Assembly (NCBI GenBank): GCA_965197725.1
Contig: CBDANQ010000061.1
Span: 128,001-192,000, forward strand
Direction of reading: 5' to 3'
DNA length: 64,000 nt
Source of the DNA: Longimicrobiales bacterium
GTDB lineage: Bacteria; Gemmatimonadota; Gemmatimonadetes; Longimicrobiales; Gaopeijiaceae
Made by a program: the position numbers and the translations under genes. Below the pieces are notes generated by a model. It was not told where the DNA came from. It did not search any database and worked only from the letters and a program-made list of their open reading frames with translations. Of the stretch, positions 1 to 8,805 are shown one piece after another (the first letter of the stretch is position 1; each line of letters begins with the position of its first letter).

Positions 1-62
1 GTGAGAAACGTCGACAGAGCTAGCCCCGCGAACCATCCGGTGCGGCCCAATACCGTCTTCAT
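1..62 (-). CDS. N-terminus of a probable secreted protein (runs off window start)
   Basis: ATG at 62-60 after a purine-rich GAGGGGAGGG SD; translates MKTVLGRTGWFAGLALSTFL, signal-peptide-like. Confidence 0.55.
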   Translation of the reverse strand, partial: MKTVLGRTGWFAGLALSTFL

Positions 63-148
63 GAAGATCCCTCCCCTCTGAACAAGGCTCTCGCCCTAGG
101 GCGCTCCGAGATCCTGATGACCTCTTGCTCGCCCAAATCTAGCACGAC

Positions 149-163
149 GCTAGAAACGTGCCA
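149..163 (-). promoter_or_regulatory. Putative sigma-54 (-24/-12) promoter
   Basis: Minus strand TGGCACGTTTCTAGC: GG-N10-GC spacing with TGGCACG -24 element, about 90 bp upstream of the ATG at 62. Confidence 0.5.
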
Positions 164-319
164 GAAGATAACCAGACGTTTACCGAAGGGGCATCGCATC
201 GAAAGAGTCGGCCATTAGGCCTTACGTGACGCGGAGGAGGCGAGTCGCGCGCCGCGATGGCAGGAGAGCAATATTCGTACAATCCCCGGCAGTCGAGCGG
301 AGGGTCAACTCGTGACGGC

Positions 320-538
320 TCACTCTACGAGCTGAGCCTCGATGCGGGCGAGGCGCCGCGCGATCGACACGACCCAGCCAAGCACCATCACGATCACGAT
401 CGCATACGCGATGAAAACGTGCCAGTACGGTTTCAGGCTCTGGGTGGCCAGCCGGCTCGCTGTTTCTTGACCGTCCAAGTCGGCCGCGGCGAGCAGAATG
501 ACGAAAAGGGGTAGCGCGACCGTACGGAGCTTCTTCAT
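320..538 (-). CDS. ccmD: CcmD-like small membrane protein (72 aa)
   Basis: Directly follows ccmC; YWHVFIAYAIVIVMVLGWVVSI hydrophobic segment plus basic ARRLARIEAQL tail. Confidence 0.6.
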   Translation of the reverse strand: MKKLRTVALPLFVILLAAADLDGQETASRLATQSLKPYWHVFIAYAIVIVMVLGWVVSIARRLARIEAQLVE

Positions 539-552
539 TGTGGTCACCAGGG

Positions 553-1245
553 TCAGGCGCTGGCTTCGCACGTCCGTGCTTGCTGCCCAGCGCGGAGGGT
601 CTCGAGAGCGTATCGGAGGAGGAACAGGCCGAGGAAGAGCGTCGTGAAGACCACGAAGCTCGTCAGCAATAGTGTGAGCATGTCCCCCGGCAGCGAGGGT
701 CGGTCGGGCTTCAAGACTAGGGGCTCGGGGTGCAGCGACCGGAACCAGACCACGCTGACATGAATGAACGGGATGTCCAGCGCACCGATGATGGCTACCA
801 CCGCGGCGAACCGCTTCCCCTTCTCCGGGTTCTCCGTGGACTTCCGGACCATGAAATAGCCCAGAAAGATGAACCACAGCAGCAGGGTAAACGTGAGGCG
901 TGGCTCCCAGGTCCAATACGTGCCCCAGGCGATCTTGCCCCAAAGCGGGCCCGTCGTGAGCATGATCGTCGCGAAGATCATGCCTCCCTCGGCGGCCGCA
1001 ACCGCCGCGCGGTCGAGACGTTCGTCCCGGAGCCAGAGGTACATGCCACTCGTGAACGCCGCGATCCCGAACGCCAGGAACGAGGTCCATGCGGCGGGCA
1101 CGTGCACGTAAAAGATTCGCTGCGCTACGCCCTGGTTCACCTCGGTCGAAACCCAGAAGAAAGACAGCCAGTACACAGCGGCCATCCCGACGAGACCGAG
1201 TACGGCCAAAGCCGTCCCGGTCAAGCGTATTCCCTTTCCTGACAT
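553..1245 (-). CDS. ccmC: Heme exporter / cytochrome c biogenesis protein CcmC
   Basis: RIFYVHVPAAW, WGKIAWGTYWTWEPRLT (WWD domain), SVVWFRSLHP; ATG overlaps ccmB stop. Confidence 0.92.
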   Translation of the reverse strand: MSGKGIRLTGTALAVLGLVGMAAVYWLSFFWVSTEVNQGVAQRIFYVHVPAAWTSFLAFGIAAFTSGMYLWLRDERLDRAAVAAAEGGMIFATIMLTTGPLWGKIAWGTYWTWEPRLTFTLLLWFIFLGYFMVRKSTENPEKGKRFAAVVAIIGALDIPFIHVSVVWFRSLHPEPLVLKPDRPSLPGDMLTLLLTSFVVFTTLFLGLFLLRYALETLRAGQQARTCEASA

Positions 1246-1925
1246 CAATCCTCCACGACGAAGCGGAAGAGCACCGCGCCGGCTGCCACCGCCATGAGCG
1301 CGAACGCCGCGAGCATTCGAATGTTGGCGGCGACCTCGGAGATGGGTCGACCTGAGAGCAGCCTCCCCGTCGCCCCGGCACCGAAGACGATCATCGGCAC
1401 GAGCAGTGGGAAGATCAGGATGGGGAGGAGAATCTCGCCCATCCGAGTTCCCGACGACACCGCCGCGAACAGCGTGCCGAGCGCGACGAAGCCCAGCGCG
1501 CCCAACGCGAGGGCCAGCCCCAGCATCGTGGGGCTGGTCCCCAACTCCATCCCGAAGAAGAGCATGAAGACCGCGACGACGAGAAGCGATACGGCATAGA
1601 GCAATACGAAGTTGGAGAGCGTCTTGCCCAGGAAGACGGCGTCCTTGGGAACCGGGCTCATCAGCACGCCCTGAAGCGCGCCGTCCTCCGCCTCCAGGTG
1701 GAACGTGCGTCCTACCCCGAGCAGGCCTCCGAACACGATCGTCATCCATATGAGCCCGGCGCCAATATCCTGCGGCCGCACGACTGTCCTGTCGATCGAA
1801 TAATTGAACAACACCGCCGCGAGCACGGCGAAAGCGCCCATGGCCCCCACGCGCTCGCGCGTTCTCAACTCGAGCAGCAGGTCCTTCCACACGATCGCGC
1901 AAATCTGACCGAGGTAGGCGCTCAT
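1245..1925 (-). CDS. ccmB: Heme exporter permease CcmB
   Basis: WKDLLLELRTRE, EAEDGAL, ILLPILIFPLLVP motifs; multiple TM helices. Confidence 0.92.
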   Translation of the reverse strand: MSAYLGQICAIVWKDLLLELRTRERVGAMGAFAVLAAVLFNYSIDRTVVRPQDIGAGLIWMTIVFGGLLGVGRTFHLEAEDGALQGVLMSPVPKDAVFLGKTLSNFVLLYAVSLLVVAVFMLFFGMELGTSPTMLGLALALGALGFVALGTLFAAVSSGTRMGEILLPILIFPLLVPMIVFGAGATGRLLSGRPISEVAANIRMLAAFALMAVAAGAVLFRFVVED

Positions 1926-2692
1926 TTGCGCCCCTCGACGACCCGGTGGTACAGCCGTTCGAAATCGGTAGTGTCCAGCTCTTCGCGGCTCCCCTGCCAG
2001 GCGAAGCGTCCCCGCACCTGGATCACCACCCGGCTGGCCAGCGCGAGACCCTCTCCGAGGTTGTGTGTGACCATGACGACCGTGCGACGACCGTCCTTGA
2101 GCTCGGTCAGCACGCCGCGGAGAACCGCGGCCGCAGAGGGATCCAGACCGGTATATGGTTCGTCCAGGAGCACGACCTCCGGATCGTGGAGCAGTGCCCT
2201 CGCGAGGGCTAATCTCTGGCGCATCCCATGGGAAAGCTGGCCCACGAGAGAGTCGAAGCGGTCCCCTAGGCTCACGTGCGCCAGCCGCTGCGGAATCCTT
2301 CGATCAAGGTCCTCGAGGCCATAGAGTCGGCCGTAAAACCGGAGGTTCTCCGCCACCGTGAGCTGAGCGTATAGGAAGCCCTGGTGGGACAATACGCCGA
2401 TGTTACGCCGCCACTCGACCGCGCCGAAGTCGAGCCGGGTACCGTTGAGGAAGACCTCGCCGCGCGTGGGACGCAGCGCTCCCGCGAGCAGTCCGAGCAG
2501 CGACGACTTCCCGGCGCCGTTCGGTCCGAAGACCGTCAGGAAGTCTCCCCGCTCCAGGGAGAGGTCGATGCCGGCTACAGCGATCACCGGACCGTACTCA
2601 CGTACGATACCGCGAGCCTCTACCGCCGGCGTGCTAGTCACGGACGGGGGCGACTCGGATTCAGGAGCCATCGCAACTCCCAGGGCGCTCAC
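1922..2692 (-). CDS. ccmA: Heme ABC exporter ATP-binding protein CcmA
   Basis: Walker A GPNGAGKS, signature LSHGMRQR, Walker B LLDEP; GTG start overlapping upstream stop (ATG at 2671 is an alternative). Confidence 0.88.
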   Translation of the reverse strand: MSALGVAMAPESESPPSVTSTPAVEARGIVREYGPVIAVAGIDLSLERGDFLTVFGPNGAGKSSLLGLLAGALRPTRGEVFLNGTRLDFGAVEWRRNIGVLSHQGFLYAQLTVAENLRFYGRLYGLEDLDRRIPQRLAHVSLGDRFDSLVGQLSHGMRQRLALARALLHDPEVVLLDEPYTGLDPSAAAVLRGVLTELKDGRRTVVMVTHNLGEGLALASRVVIQVRGRFAWQGSREELDTTDFERLYHRVVEGRK

Positions 2693-3123
2693 CGCGCCGC
2701 CTCGGCGGCAACGGCCTGCCCACATGCTGAGCAGAACCGCGAGCCGACTTCGTTGGAGAACCCGCAAGCATCGCAGACGCAGCCCTCCCGGAAGCCCGCC
2801 CGGATTTGGGCGATCTCGGCCTCCAAGGCGTCCTCGTCGGGCCCGGCTCCTCCCTGCGCCCGTTCGTCCGCTTCCAGCGCCGCCAGGGCTTCGGCCGTGA
2901 GCTCGGCCTTGAGCGAGCGATAGTCGTGCTCATCGAGCTTTTCAGCGAGGAAGTCGTACTCGACGTCACGAAGCGCGAGCAGCGCGACCCGTTTGCGAGC
3001 TTCGGTGTCGGTCAGCTCGAACTCATCCCGCTCGAGCGACGCGTGAAGGCCCTTCACAACCGGCTGCAGAATGAAGAGGACCACGGCCAACGCCACTAGC
3101 GAAGCGCCGATGAGGAGGGTCAT
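2689..3123 (-). CDS. CcmI N-terminal-like membrane protein with C-terminal zinc ribbon
   Basis: N-terminal TM; ALRDVEYDFLAEKLDEHDYRSLK resembles CcmI/CycH N-domain; CDAC...CSAC zinc ribbon. Confidence 0.65.
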   Translation of the reverse strand: MTLLIGASLVALAVVLFILQPVVKGLHASLERDEFELTDTEARKRVALLALRDVEYDFLAEKLDEHDYRSLKAELTAEALAALEADERAQGGAGPDEDALEAEIAQIRAGFREGCVCDACGFSNEVGSRFCSACGQAVAAEAAR

Positions 3124-3131
3124 CGGCGGCC

Positions 3132-5192
3132 TTAGTCGGCCGCCGCCATTGCCGGCTGAGGAGCGGTCTCGGTCCTCCCCTCGAGCGCGACCCGGCGGCG
3201 GTCGACGCTGGGCCAGAGCGCGACGAACGTGCCAATGGCCAACATGATGCCCCCGAACCAGATCCAGCCAACGAACGGTTTGATGAGGATCTGCAGGTCG
3301 ATACCCTGAGCGTTCGAGTCGGCCCTCACCGCCCCCTCCATGTCGTCCAATGCCGACAAGATCAGGTACAGATCCTCCCGAACGGAGGAGCGAATCCCGA
3401 CCTCGGTCATCGGTAGATCGCCGGTCACGTACATCCGCTTTTCGGTCGTCATGAGGGGCTTCTGTTTGCCGTCCTGCTGCACGGAAACCGTAGCGATCGT
3501 CTGCCAGAGCAGGTTTCGCTGACCCTTGCCGAGCGACACCGAGAGACCTTCGTACGTCAGCTTGTAGGTGTGCCCGAACGGGGACCTGACCTCTACCTCG
3601 TCACCGGGCAGCACGTGGAAACGCTCGTCGACGTTGTACGCGGAACCGGCGAACCCGAAGTAGATCATCACCATCGCCACGTGCACGATGTATCCACCCC
3701 AGCGCCGACGATTGCGAGCGACCAAGTGCACCAACGCGAGCGCGTAACCCTCGCCCTCGATGCGCGCGCGGGCGCGCGTGCCCTTCCAGAACTCGATCCC
3801 GATGATCGTGAGTACAAAGGCGCAAATGCTCCAGGTCACGAGCGCCAGTGGGTGTCGGGCACCTGTCACCCAGAGCCCGGTCGCGACCGCGAGCAAAACC
3901 CCCATCGGGATCGTGAAGTTCTTCTTGAGATTCCGTTTCGTGGCCCGCCGCCACGCGATCACGGGACCGATCCCGGCCAACGCGAGCAAAACGAGGCCTA
4001 TCGGGAAGTTGACTTTCTCGAAGAAGGGCGGCCCGACGCTGATCTTCTCACCTGTGACGCCCTCGGCCACGAGCGGGAAGATCGTTCCCCAAAACACCGC
4101 GAAGGCGAAGCCCAACAGCATGAGATTGTTGAAGAGAAACGCCGACTCACGTGACAGGAAGGACTCGATCCGGTTCTCGCTTTGCAGCTTGGGCAGGCGG
4201 TACAGGATCAGGACGACACACCCGGCTAAGATCGACCCCATGAAGCCGAGGAAGATGTACGCGATCCTCAGCTCCTGAGCGAACGAGTGCACCGAGTCGA
4301 TGAGCCCCGAACGCGTGAGGAACGTCGCGAAGATCGTGAGCAGGAACGTCACCAGCACGAGCGACATGTTCCACACCCTCAACATGCCTCGGCTTTCCTG
4401 GATCTGGATCGAATGGAGGAACGCCGTCGCGGTCAGCCATGGCAGTAACGAGGCGTTCTCGACCGGATCCCAGAACCAATATCCGCCCCAGCCCAACTCC
4501 TCGTACGCCCAGCGCATCCCGAAGATGATGCCGACGGAAAGGAAGAGCCACGAGGTCAAGATCCAACGCCGCGTCAGCTGGATCCAGCGTGCGTCGAGCC
4601 GGCCATTGAGCAGCGCCGCCACGGCAAACGCAAACGGGATCGTGAAGGCGGTGAAGCCCAGGTATAGCGTGGGCGGGTGGATCGTCATCCAGTAGTTTTG
4701 GAGCTGCGGGTTCAGCCCCTGACCGTTCGCGGGGGTGAACGCGAGCCGCTCGAACGGGTTCACGTCCGCGAAGAGCAGCACGACGATGAAGAACAGTAGA
4801 ACGCCCTGGAGCACGCCAGCGACGTAGGGCATGAACTCCCGGTTCTTGTTGCGGTTCTGGAAAACACAGATGCTCGAGAAAAAGCCGAGTATCAGCGCCC
4901 AGAAGAGCAAGGACCCACGCTGGCCGGCCCAGAGGCCGGTGACCTTGTAGAACAGCTCGAGCTCGCGGTTCGAGTAACTCGCTACATACCAGTACTCGAA
5001 CTTGTCACCCAGGAACGCGGCGCTGACCCCCAGGGAGGCCAATATCAGCAGGATGAAGACCGCGTAGATCCCGCGTTCGGCGCTCAGAACGAGGTCGCCG
5101 CGCTGGGTGCGCCCTCCCATGAAGCCGAGCGCCATCCCCCAGACCGCGACGGGCAGCGCGATCCAGAGGGCGAACTCGCCGAGGATGGTCAC
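3132..5192 (-). CDS. ccmF: Heme lyase CcmF
   Basis: LWAGQRGSLL, GLNPQLQNYWMTIHPP, WAYEELGWGGYWFWDPVENASL, SVHSF; GTG start overlapping ccmE stop. Confidence 0.95.
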   Translation of the reverse strand: MTILGEFALWIALPVAVWGMALGFMGGRTQRGDLVLSAERGIYAVFILLILASLGVSAAFLGDKFEYWYVASYSNRELELFYKVTGLWAGQRGSLLFWALILGFFSSICVFQNRNKNREFMPYVAGVLQGVLLFFIVVLLFADVNPFERLAFTPANGQGLNPQLQNYWMTIHPPTLYLGFTAFTIPFAFAVAALLNGRLDARWIQLTRRWILTSWLFLSVGIIFGMRWAYEELGWGGYWFWDPVENASLLPWLTATAFLHSIQIQESRGMLRVWNMSLVLVTFLLTIFATFLTRSGLIDSVHSFAQELRIAYIFLGFMGSILAGCVVLILYRLPKLQSENRIESFLSRESAFLFNNLMLLGFAFAVFWGTIFPLVAEGVTGEKISVGPPFFEKVNFPIGLVLLALAGIGPVIAWRRATKRNLKKNFTIPMGVLLAVATGLWVTGARHPLALVTWSICAFVLTIIGIEFWKGTRARARIEGEGYALALVHLVARNRRRWGGYIVHVAMVMIYFGFAGSAYNVDERFHVLPGDEVEVRSPFGHTYKLTYEGLSVSLGKGQRNLLWQTIATVSVQQDGKQKPLMTTEKRMYVTGDLPMTEVGIRSSVREDLYLILSALDDMEGAVRADSNAQGIDLQILIKPFVGWIWFGGIMLAIGTFVALWPSVDRRRVALEGRTETAPQPAMAAAD

Positions 5193-5611
5193 CTGGCTAG
5201 ATCCTCCGGCGCAGCTTCGTATCGACTCCCACACTTCGTCAGCATCGTCGTTGCCTCGAAGACACCATCCGCTCGCAGGTGGCCTTCGAGCACGACTTCT
5301 ACCTCATCGGTGAACGTGTCCGGGAGCGCGTCACGGTACTCGACGGGGAAGGTCACCGACTCGTCCACCAGGTCCATGACCTGGAAGGTGTGCAGTAGCT
5401 CGCCCCGCACCCGCACGTAGGTACCCTTGATGACCTGACCGCTGACCTTCACGCCGACCTCGTGGAACGTCGGATCCGCCTCGACGCGCGCCATGAGCTC
5501 GACCGGCGTGAGGTAATAGACCATCGTCTCGCTCACCCCTGTCCATATCAGATAGGTCACCACCGCGGCGACCCCGACGAGACCCACCGTGAAACGACCG
5601 TTCTTGTTCAT
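5189..5611 (-). CDS. ccmE: Heme chaperone CcmE, CxxxY (Cys) variant
   Basis: N-terminal TM, YYLTPVEL, LPDTF, TKCGSRY in place of the usual AKHDENY. Confidence 0.9.
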   Translation of the reverse strand: MNKNGRFTVGLVGVAAVVTYLIWTGVSETMVYYLTPVELMARVEADPTFHEVGVKVSGQVIKGTYVRVRGELLHTFQVMDLVDESVTFPVEYRDALPDTFTDEVEVVLEGHLRADGVFEATTMLTKCGSRYEAAPEDLAR

Positions 5612-5749
5612 ATCGTCATCCTTGCCAGAATCCTTCCAATCCGAATGGAATCTAGCCGACTCGAGAGCCTGGCGACCAGTCCGGTAAATCCCCTACGGAG
5701 AGGTCCCGATGTATATGGAGGTCCGACGCAAGCCGGGTTCGGGTCCACC

Positions 5750-6229
5750 TCATCCGGCGTCTCGAAACGCGGCCGCACGTTCGAGCGCCCATCGGGCTGC
5801 CGCGCTGGGGTCCTCCAAAGCCGGGAGATCGAGACCTTCCGCGGGCGGAAGGCCCAGCGTGCCCACGTCGAGGCCCATCTTCCTAGCGAGTGCGATCTCG
5901 GACAGCGTACCCCATGAGCCCCCCACCGCGACTGCCACCTCCGCTCCGGCTACGACGAGCGCGTTGCGAGCCTCGCCGAGACCGGTCGGGAGCGGAACCT
6001 GGATCCACGGATTGGCGTCCTCCCCCCGTGAGCCGCGTAGAATCCCCACCGTCAGGCCTCCCGCCTCCGCGGCTCCGCGGGCCGCGGCTTCCATCACGCC
6101 GCCGTATCCTCCGCACACGACGACAGCTCCACCCTTCGCCAAAGCACGGCCCAGCGCCTGTGCGTCCGAAAATTCCGATTCGCTCGCTCTTGCCGCACCG
6201 ATCACGGCGACTCGAAGTGGACGGTCCAC
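5750..6229 (-). CDS. LOG/TIGR00725-family Rossmann-fold protein
   Basis: CGGYGGVMEAAARGA, TGLGEARNALVV, GGSWGTLSEIALA. Confidence 0.85.
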   Translation of the reverse strand: MDRPLRVAVIGAARASESEFSDAQALGRALAKGGAVVVCGGYGGVMEAAARGAAEAGGLTVGILRGSRGEDANPWIQVPLPTGLGEARNALVVAGAEVAVAVGGSWGTLSEIALARKMGLDVGTLGLPPAEGLDLPALEDPSAAARWALERAAAFRDAG

Positions 6230-6243
6230 TCAGGCCTCCGGTG

Positions 6244-7740
6244 TCACGCGTCCTGCCCCCACCGGACCGCCGCGCGAACCGCCCGATCCCATTCCCTGGT
6301 CAGCTGGGTTCGCGCTTCTTCCCCCATGCGCGGCTCATAGCGGCTCGCGCCTTCTTCCTGCACCCCCAGGAAATCGGTAGCGCTCTGCCAGACTCCAGTC
6401 GCGATGCCTGCCAGGCCCGCGGCGCCGAGAGCCGTGGTCTCGACCAGAGCCGGCCGACGGACGGGAATATCGAGCACGTCGGCTTGCAACTGCATCAGCC
6501 AGTCGTTCAGCGCCGCACCGCCGTCCACGCGCAGTTCCGTCGTCTCTACCCCTGAGTCGGCTTCCATGGCAGCCAGTACCTCCGCGGTCCCGTACGCCAT
6601 CGCCTCGAGCGCCGCGCGGACCAAGTGCTCCTTCGTCGTGCCACGTGTGAGCCCGACGAGCATTCCGCGCGCTTCGGGCTCCCAGTGCGGCGCGCCGAGA
6701 CCCACGAAAGCAGGAACGAAATAGACGCCGCCATTGTCCTCCAGCGCCTGCGCCATCGCTTCGGAGTCGCGCGCGGCCTCGAGCAAGCCCAACCCGTCTC
6801 GCAGCCACTGCACCGCCGCCCCCGCGATGAAGACCGACCCCTCCAACGCATAAGCGAGGCCGCCCTCAGCGTCGCACGCCGCCGTCGTGAGCAGACCCTG
6901 CGTGGACCGGACGGCTTGGGCGCCGGTGTTGAGCAGCAGGAAAGCGCCGGTTCCGTACGTGTTCTTTGCGAGGCCGGCGTGCCAACAACCCTGCCCGAAG
7001 AGCGCCGCCTGCTGGTCCCCGGCGACTCCAGCGATCGGCACCTCGATCCCGAGATGCTCCCCGACGGACGTCCCGAAGTCACCAGCGCTGGCGCGCACCC
7101 CAGGAAGCAGCGATCGCGGCACCCCGAGCAGATCGAGCAGCGAGGGATCCCACGCGGTGTCGGTCAGGTGGTATAGCAACGTGCGCGACGCATTGGTGGG
7201 GTCCGTGGCGTGGACGGCACCGTTCGTGAGACGCGCGATGAGCCAGCAATCGACGGTCCCGACGGCGAGCTCCCCGGCCTCTGCCCTTGCGCGAAGCGTG
7301 GGATCTTGGTTGAGGAGCCAAGCGATCTTGGTGCCCGAGAAGTACGGATCGAGCACGAGTCCGGTTCTGGCTCGGACCTCGGATTCGTGGCCAGCTGCTT
7401 TCAGCTCTTTGCACATGTCGGTGGTGCGGCGGTCCTGCCACACGATGGCACGGTGGAGCGGATCGAGCGTCTCCCGATCCCAAAGCACGAAGGTCTCGCG
7501 TTGGTTGCTGATGCCGATCGCGCATACGTCGGCGCCCGACGCGGCCGCCAGCGCCTCTCGGGCAACCCGGCGCGTCACATTCCAGATCTCCGCGGCGTCG
7601 TGCTCGACCCACCCCGGCTGCGGGAAATACTGGGTGAACTCGGAGTACGACCGGCCGAGCACCGCCCCATTCCGTCCGATGACGAGGCAGGTCGTACCGG
7701 TAGTGCCCTGGTCGATGGCCAGAACGGATGGAACGCTCAT
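6244..7740 (-). CDS. glpK: Glycerol kinase
   Basis: AIDQGTTGT, GWVEHDA, NQRET, AIVWQDRRT, DPYFSGTK, GDQQAALFGQ, KNTYGTG. Confidence 0.96.
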   Translation of the reverse strand: MSVPSVLAIDQGTTGTTCLVIGRNGAVLGRSYSEFTQYFPQPGWVEHDAAEIWNVTRRVAREALAAASGADVCAIGISNQRETFVLWDRETLDPLHRAIVWQDRRTTDMCKELKAAGHESEVRARTGLVLDPYFSGTKIAWLLNQDPTLRARAEAGELAVGTVDCWLIARLTNGAVHATDPTNASRTLLYHLTDTAWDPSLLDLLGVPRSLLPGVRASAGDFGTSVGEHLGIEVPIAGVAGDQQAALFGQGCWHAGLAKNTYGTGAFLLLNTGAQAVRSTQGLLTTAACDAEGGLAYALEGSVFIAGAAVQWLRDGLGLLEAARDSEAMAQALEDNGGVYFVPAFVGLGAPHWEPEARGMLVGLTRGTTKEHLVRAALEAMAYGTAEVLAAMEADSGVETTELRVDGGAALNDWLMQLQADVLDIPVRRPALVETTALGAAGLAGIATGVWQSATDFLGVQEEGASRYEPRMGEEARTQLTREWDRAVRAAVRWGQDA

Positions 7741-7768
7741 CGCTCTTTCGTCTCGACGCGGCACGTGT

Positions 7769-8365
7769 TTAGGAAGAAGGCGTGAGGCCCCCGAAATCAT
7801 ATCGCCATCCCGCCTGGAAGAGCACATTCGCGAAGGCGTCGATTGGGAACCCCATGACCGAAAAGTAGTCCCCGTCGATGGCCTCGACCAACCCGGCTCC
7901 CATGCCCTGAATTCCATAGGCCCCCGCCTTGTCGAGCGGCTCCCCCGTCGCCACGTACGCGCGGGCGGCATCCTCGGAAAACGCGCGGAATCTCACCGCT
8001 GTCTCAGCGACGCTACTGGCGAGGCCGTGGAGCCCGGCGAGCGCGATACCACTCAGAACCACATGGCCGCGACCGGCCAGCGAGACGAGCATCTCGACCG
8101 CTCGGCCGGCGTCCCCAGGCTTCCCGAGAACGCGCACTCCATCCACTACGACGGTATCGCCACCAATGACCAACGCGCCCGGTTCACGAGCGGAGATGAC
8201 GCTCGCTTTTTCGCGCGCGAGCCTCTCGACGTGTTCGGCTGGAGTCTCGCCGTCCAGGTACGACTCATCGACGTCAGCCGGCATCACGAGATGATCCAGG
8301 CCCAACTGGGCGAGCACATCGCTGCGTCGAGGAGAAGCCGACGCCAGGATGAGACGTGGAGTCAT
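7769..8365 (-). CDS. maf: Maf-family dTTP/UTP pyrophosphatase
   Basis: ILASASPRR, GGDTVV, GEPLDKAGAYGIQG. Confidence 0.93.
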   Translation of the reverse strand: MTPRLILASASPRRSDVLAQLGLDHLVMPADVDESYLDGETPAEHVERLAREKASVISAREPGALVIGGDTVVVDGVRVLGKPGDAGRAVEMLVSLAGRGHVVLSGIALAGLHGLASSVAETAVRFRAFSEDAARAYVATGEPLDKAGAYGIQGMGAGLVEAIDGDYFSVMGFPIDAFANVLFQAGWRYDFGGLTPSS

Positions 8366-8805
8366 TCGCGCTCGAGCATGAGGGTCACCGGCCCCTCATT
8401 CACCAGCTCGACGTCCATCGTCGCGCCGAACTCACCGGTCGCTATGCGCCCACCGCTGCGTGCTCGCAGGCACGCGACGAACCGCTCATAGAGTGGGACG
8501 GCGATCTCGGGCGACGCCGCACCAACAAAGCTCGGACGCCGTCCCTTGCGCACATCGCCGTACAACGTGAATTGACTGACGACCAGCAAGTCACCCGAAA
8601 CGTCCATCAGCGACCGATTCATCTTGCCCTCGTCGTCCGGGAAGACGCGTAGCCCGACGATCTTGTCCGCCATCCACTCGAGCTGACTCACACCATCCCC
8701 GGGTCGAAAAGCCACCAGCAGGAGATGTCCCCTCCCGATCTCGCCGACCGTGCGCCCATCGACGCGAACCTCCGCATGAGCAACCCGCTGGAGGACTACC
8801 CTCAC
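8362..8805 (-). CDS. dtd: D-aminoacyl-tRNA deacylase
   Basis: RVVLQRV, VSQFTL, GRRPSF, TGEFGATM, NEGPVT. Confidence 0.95.
   Translation of the reverse strand: MRVVLQRVAHAEVRVDGRTVGEIGRGHLLLVAFRPGDGVSQLEWMADKIVGLRVFPDDEGKMNRSLMDVSGDLLVVSQFTLYGDVRKGRRPSFVGAASPEIAVPLYERFVACLRARSGGRIATGEFGATMDVELVNEGPVTLMLERE

Noticed and set aside
6887..8491. Long plus-strand ORF opposite glpK and maf, and similar overlapping ORFs across the track
   Set aside because: Shadow ORFs typical of high-GC DNA opposite well-supported genes
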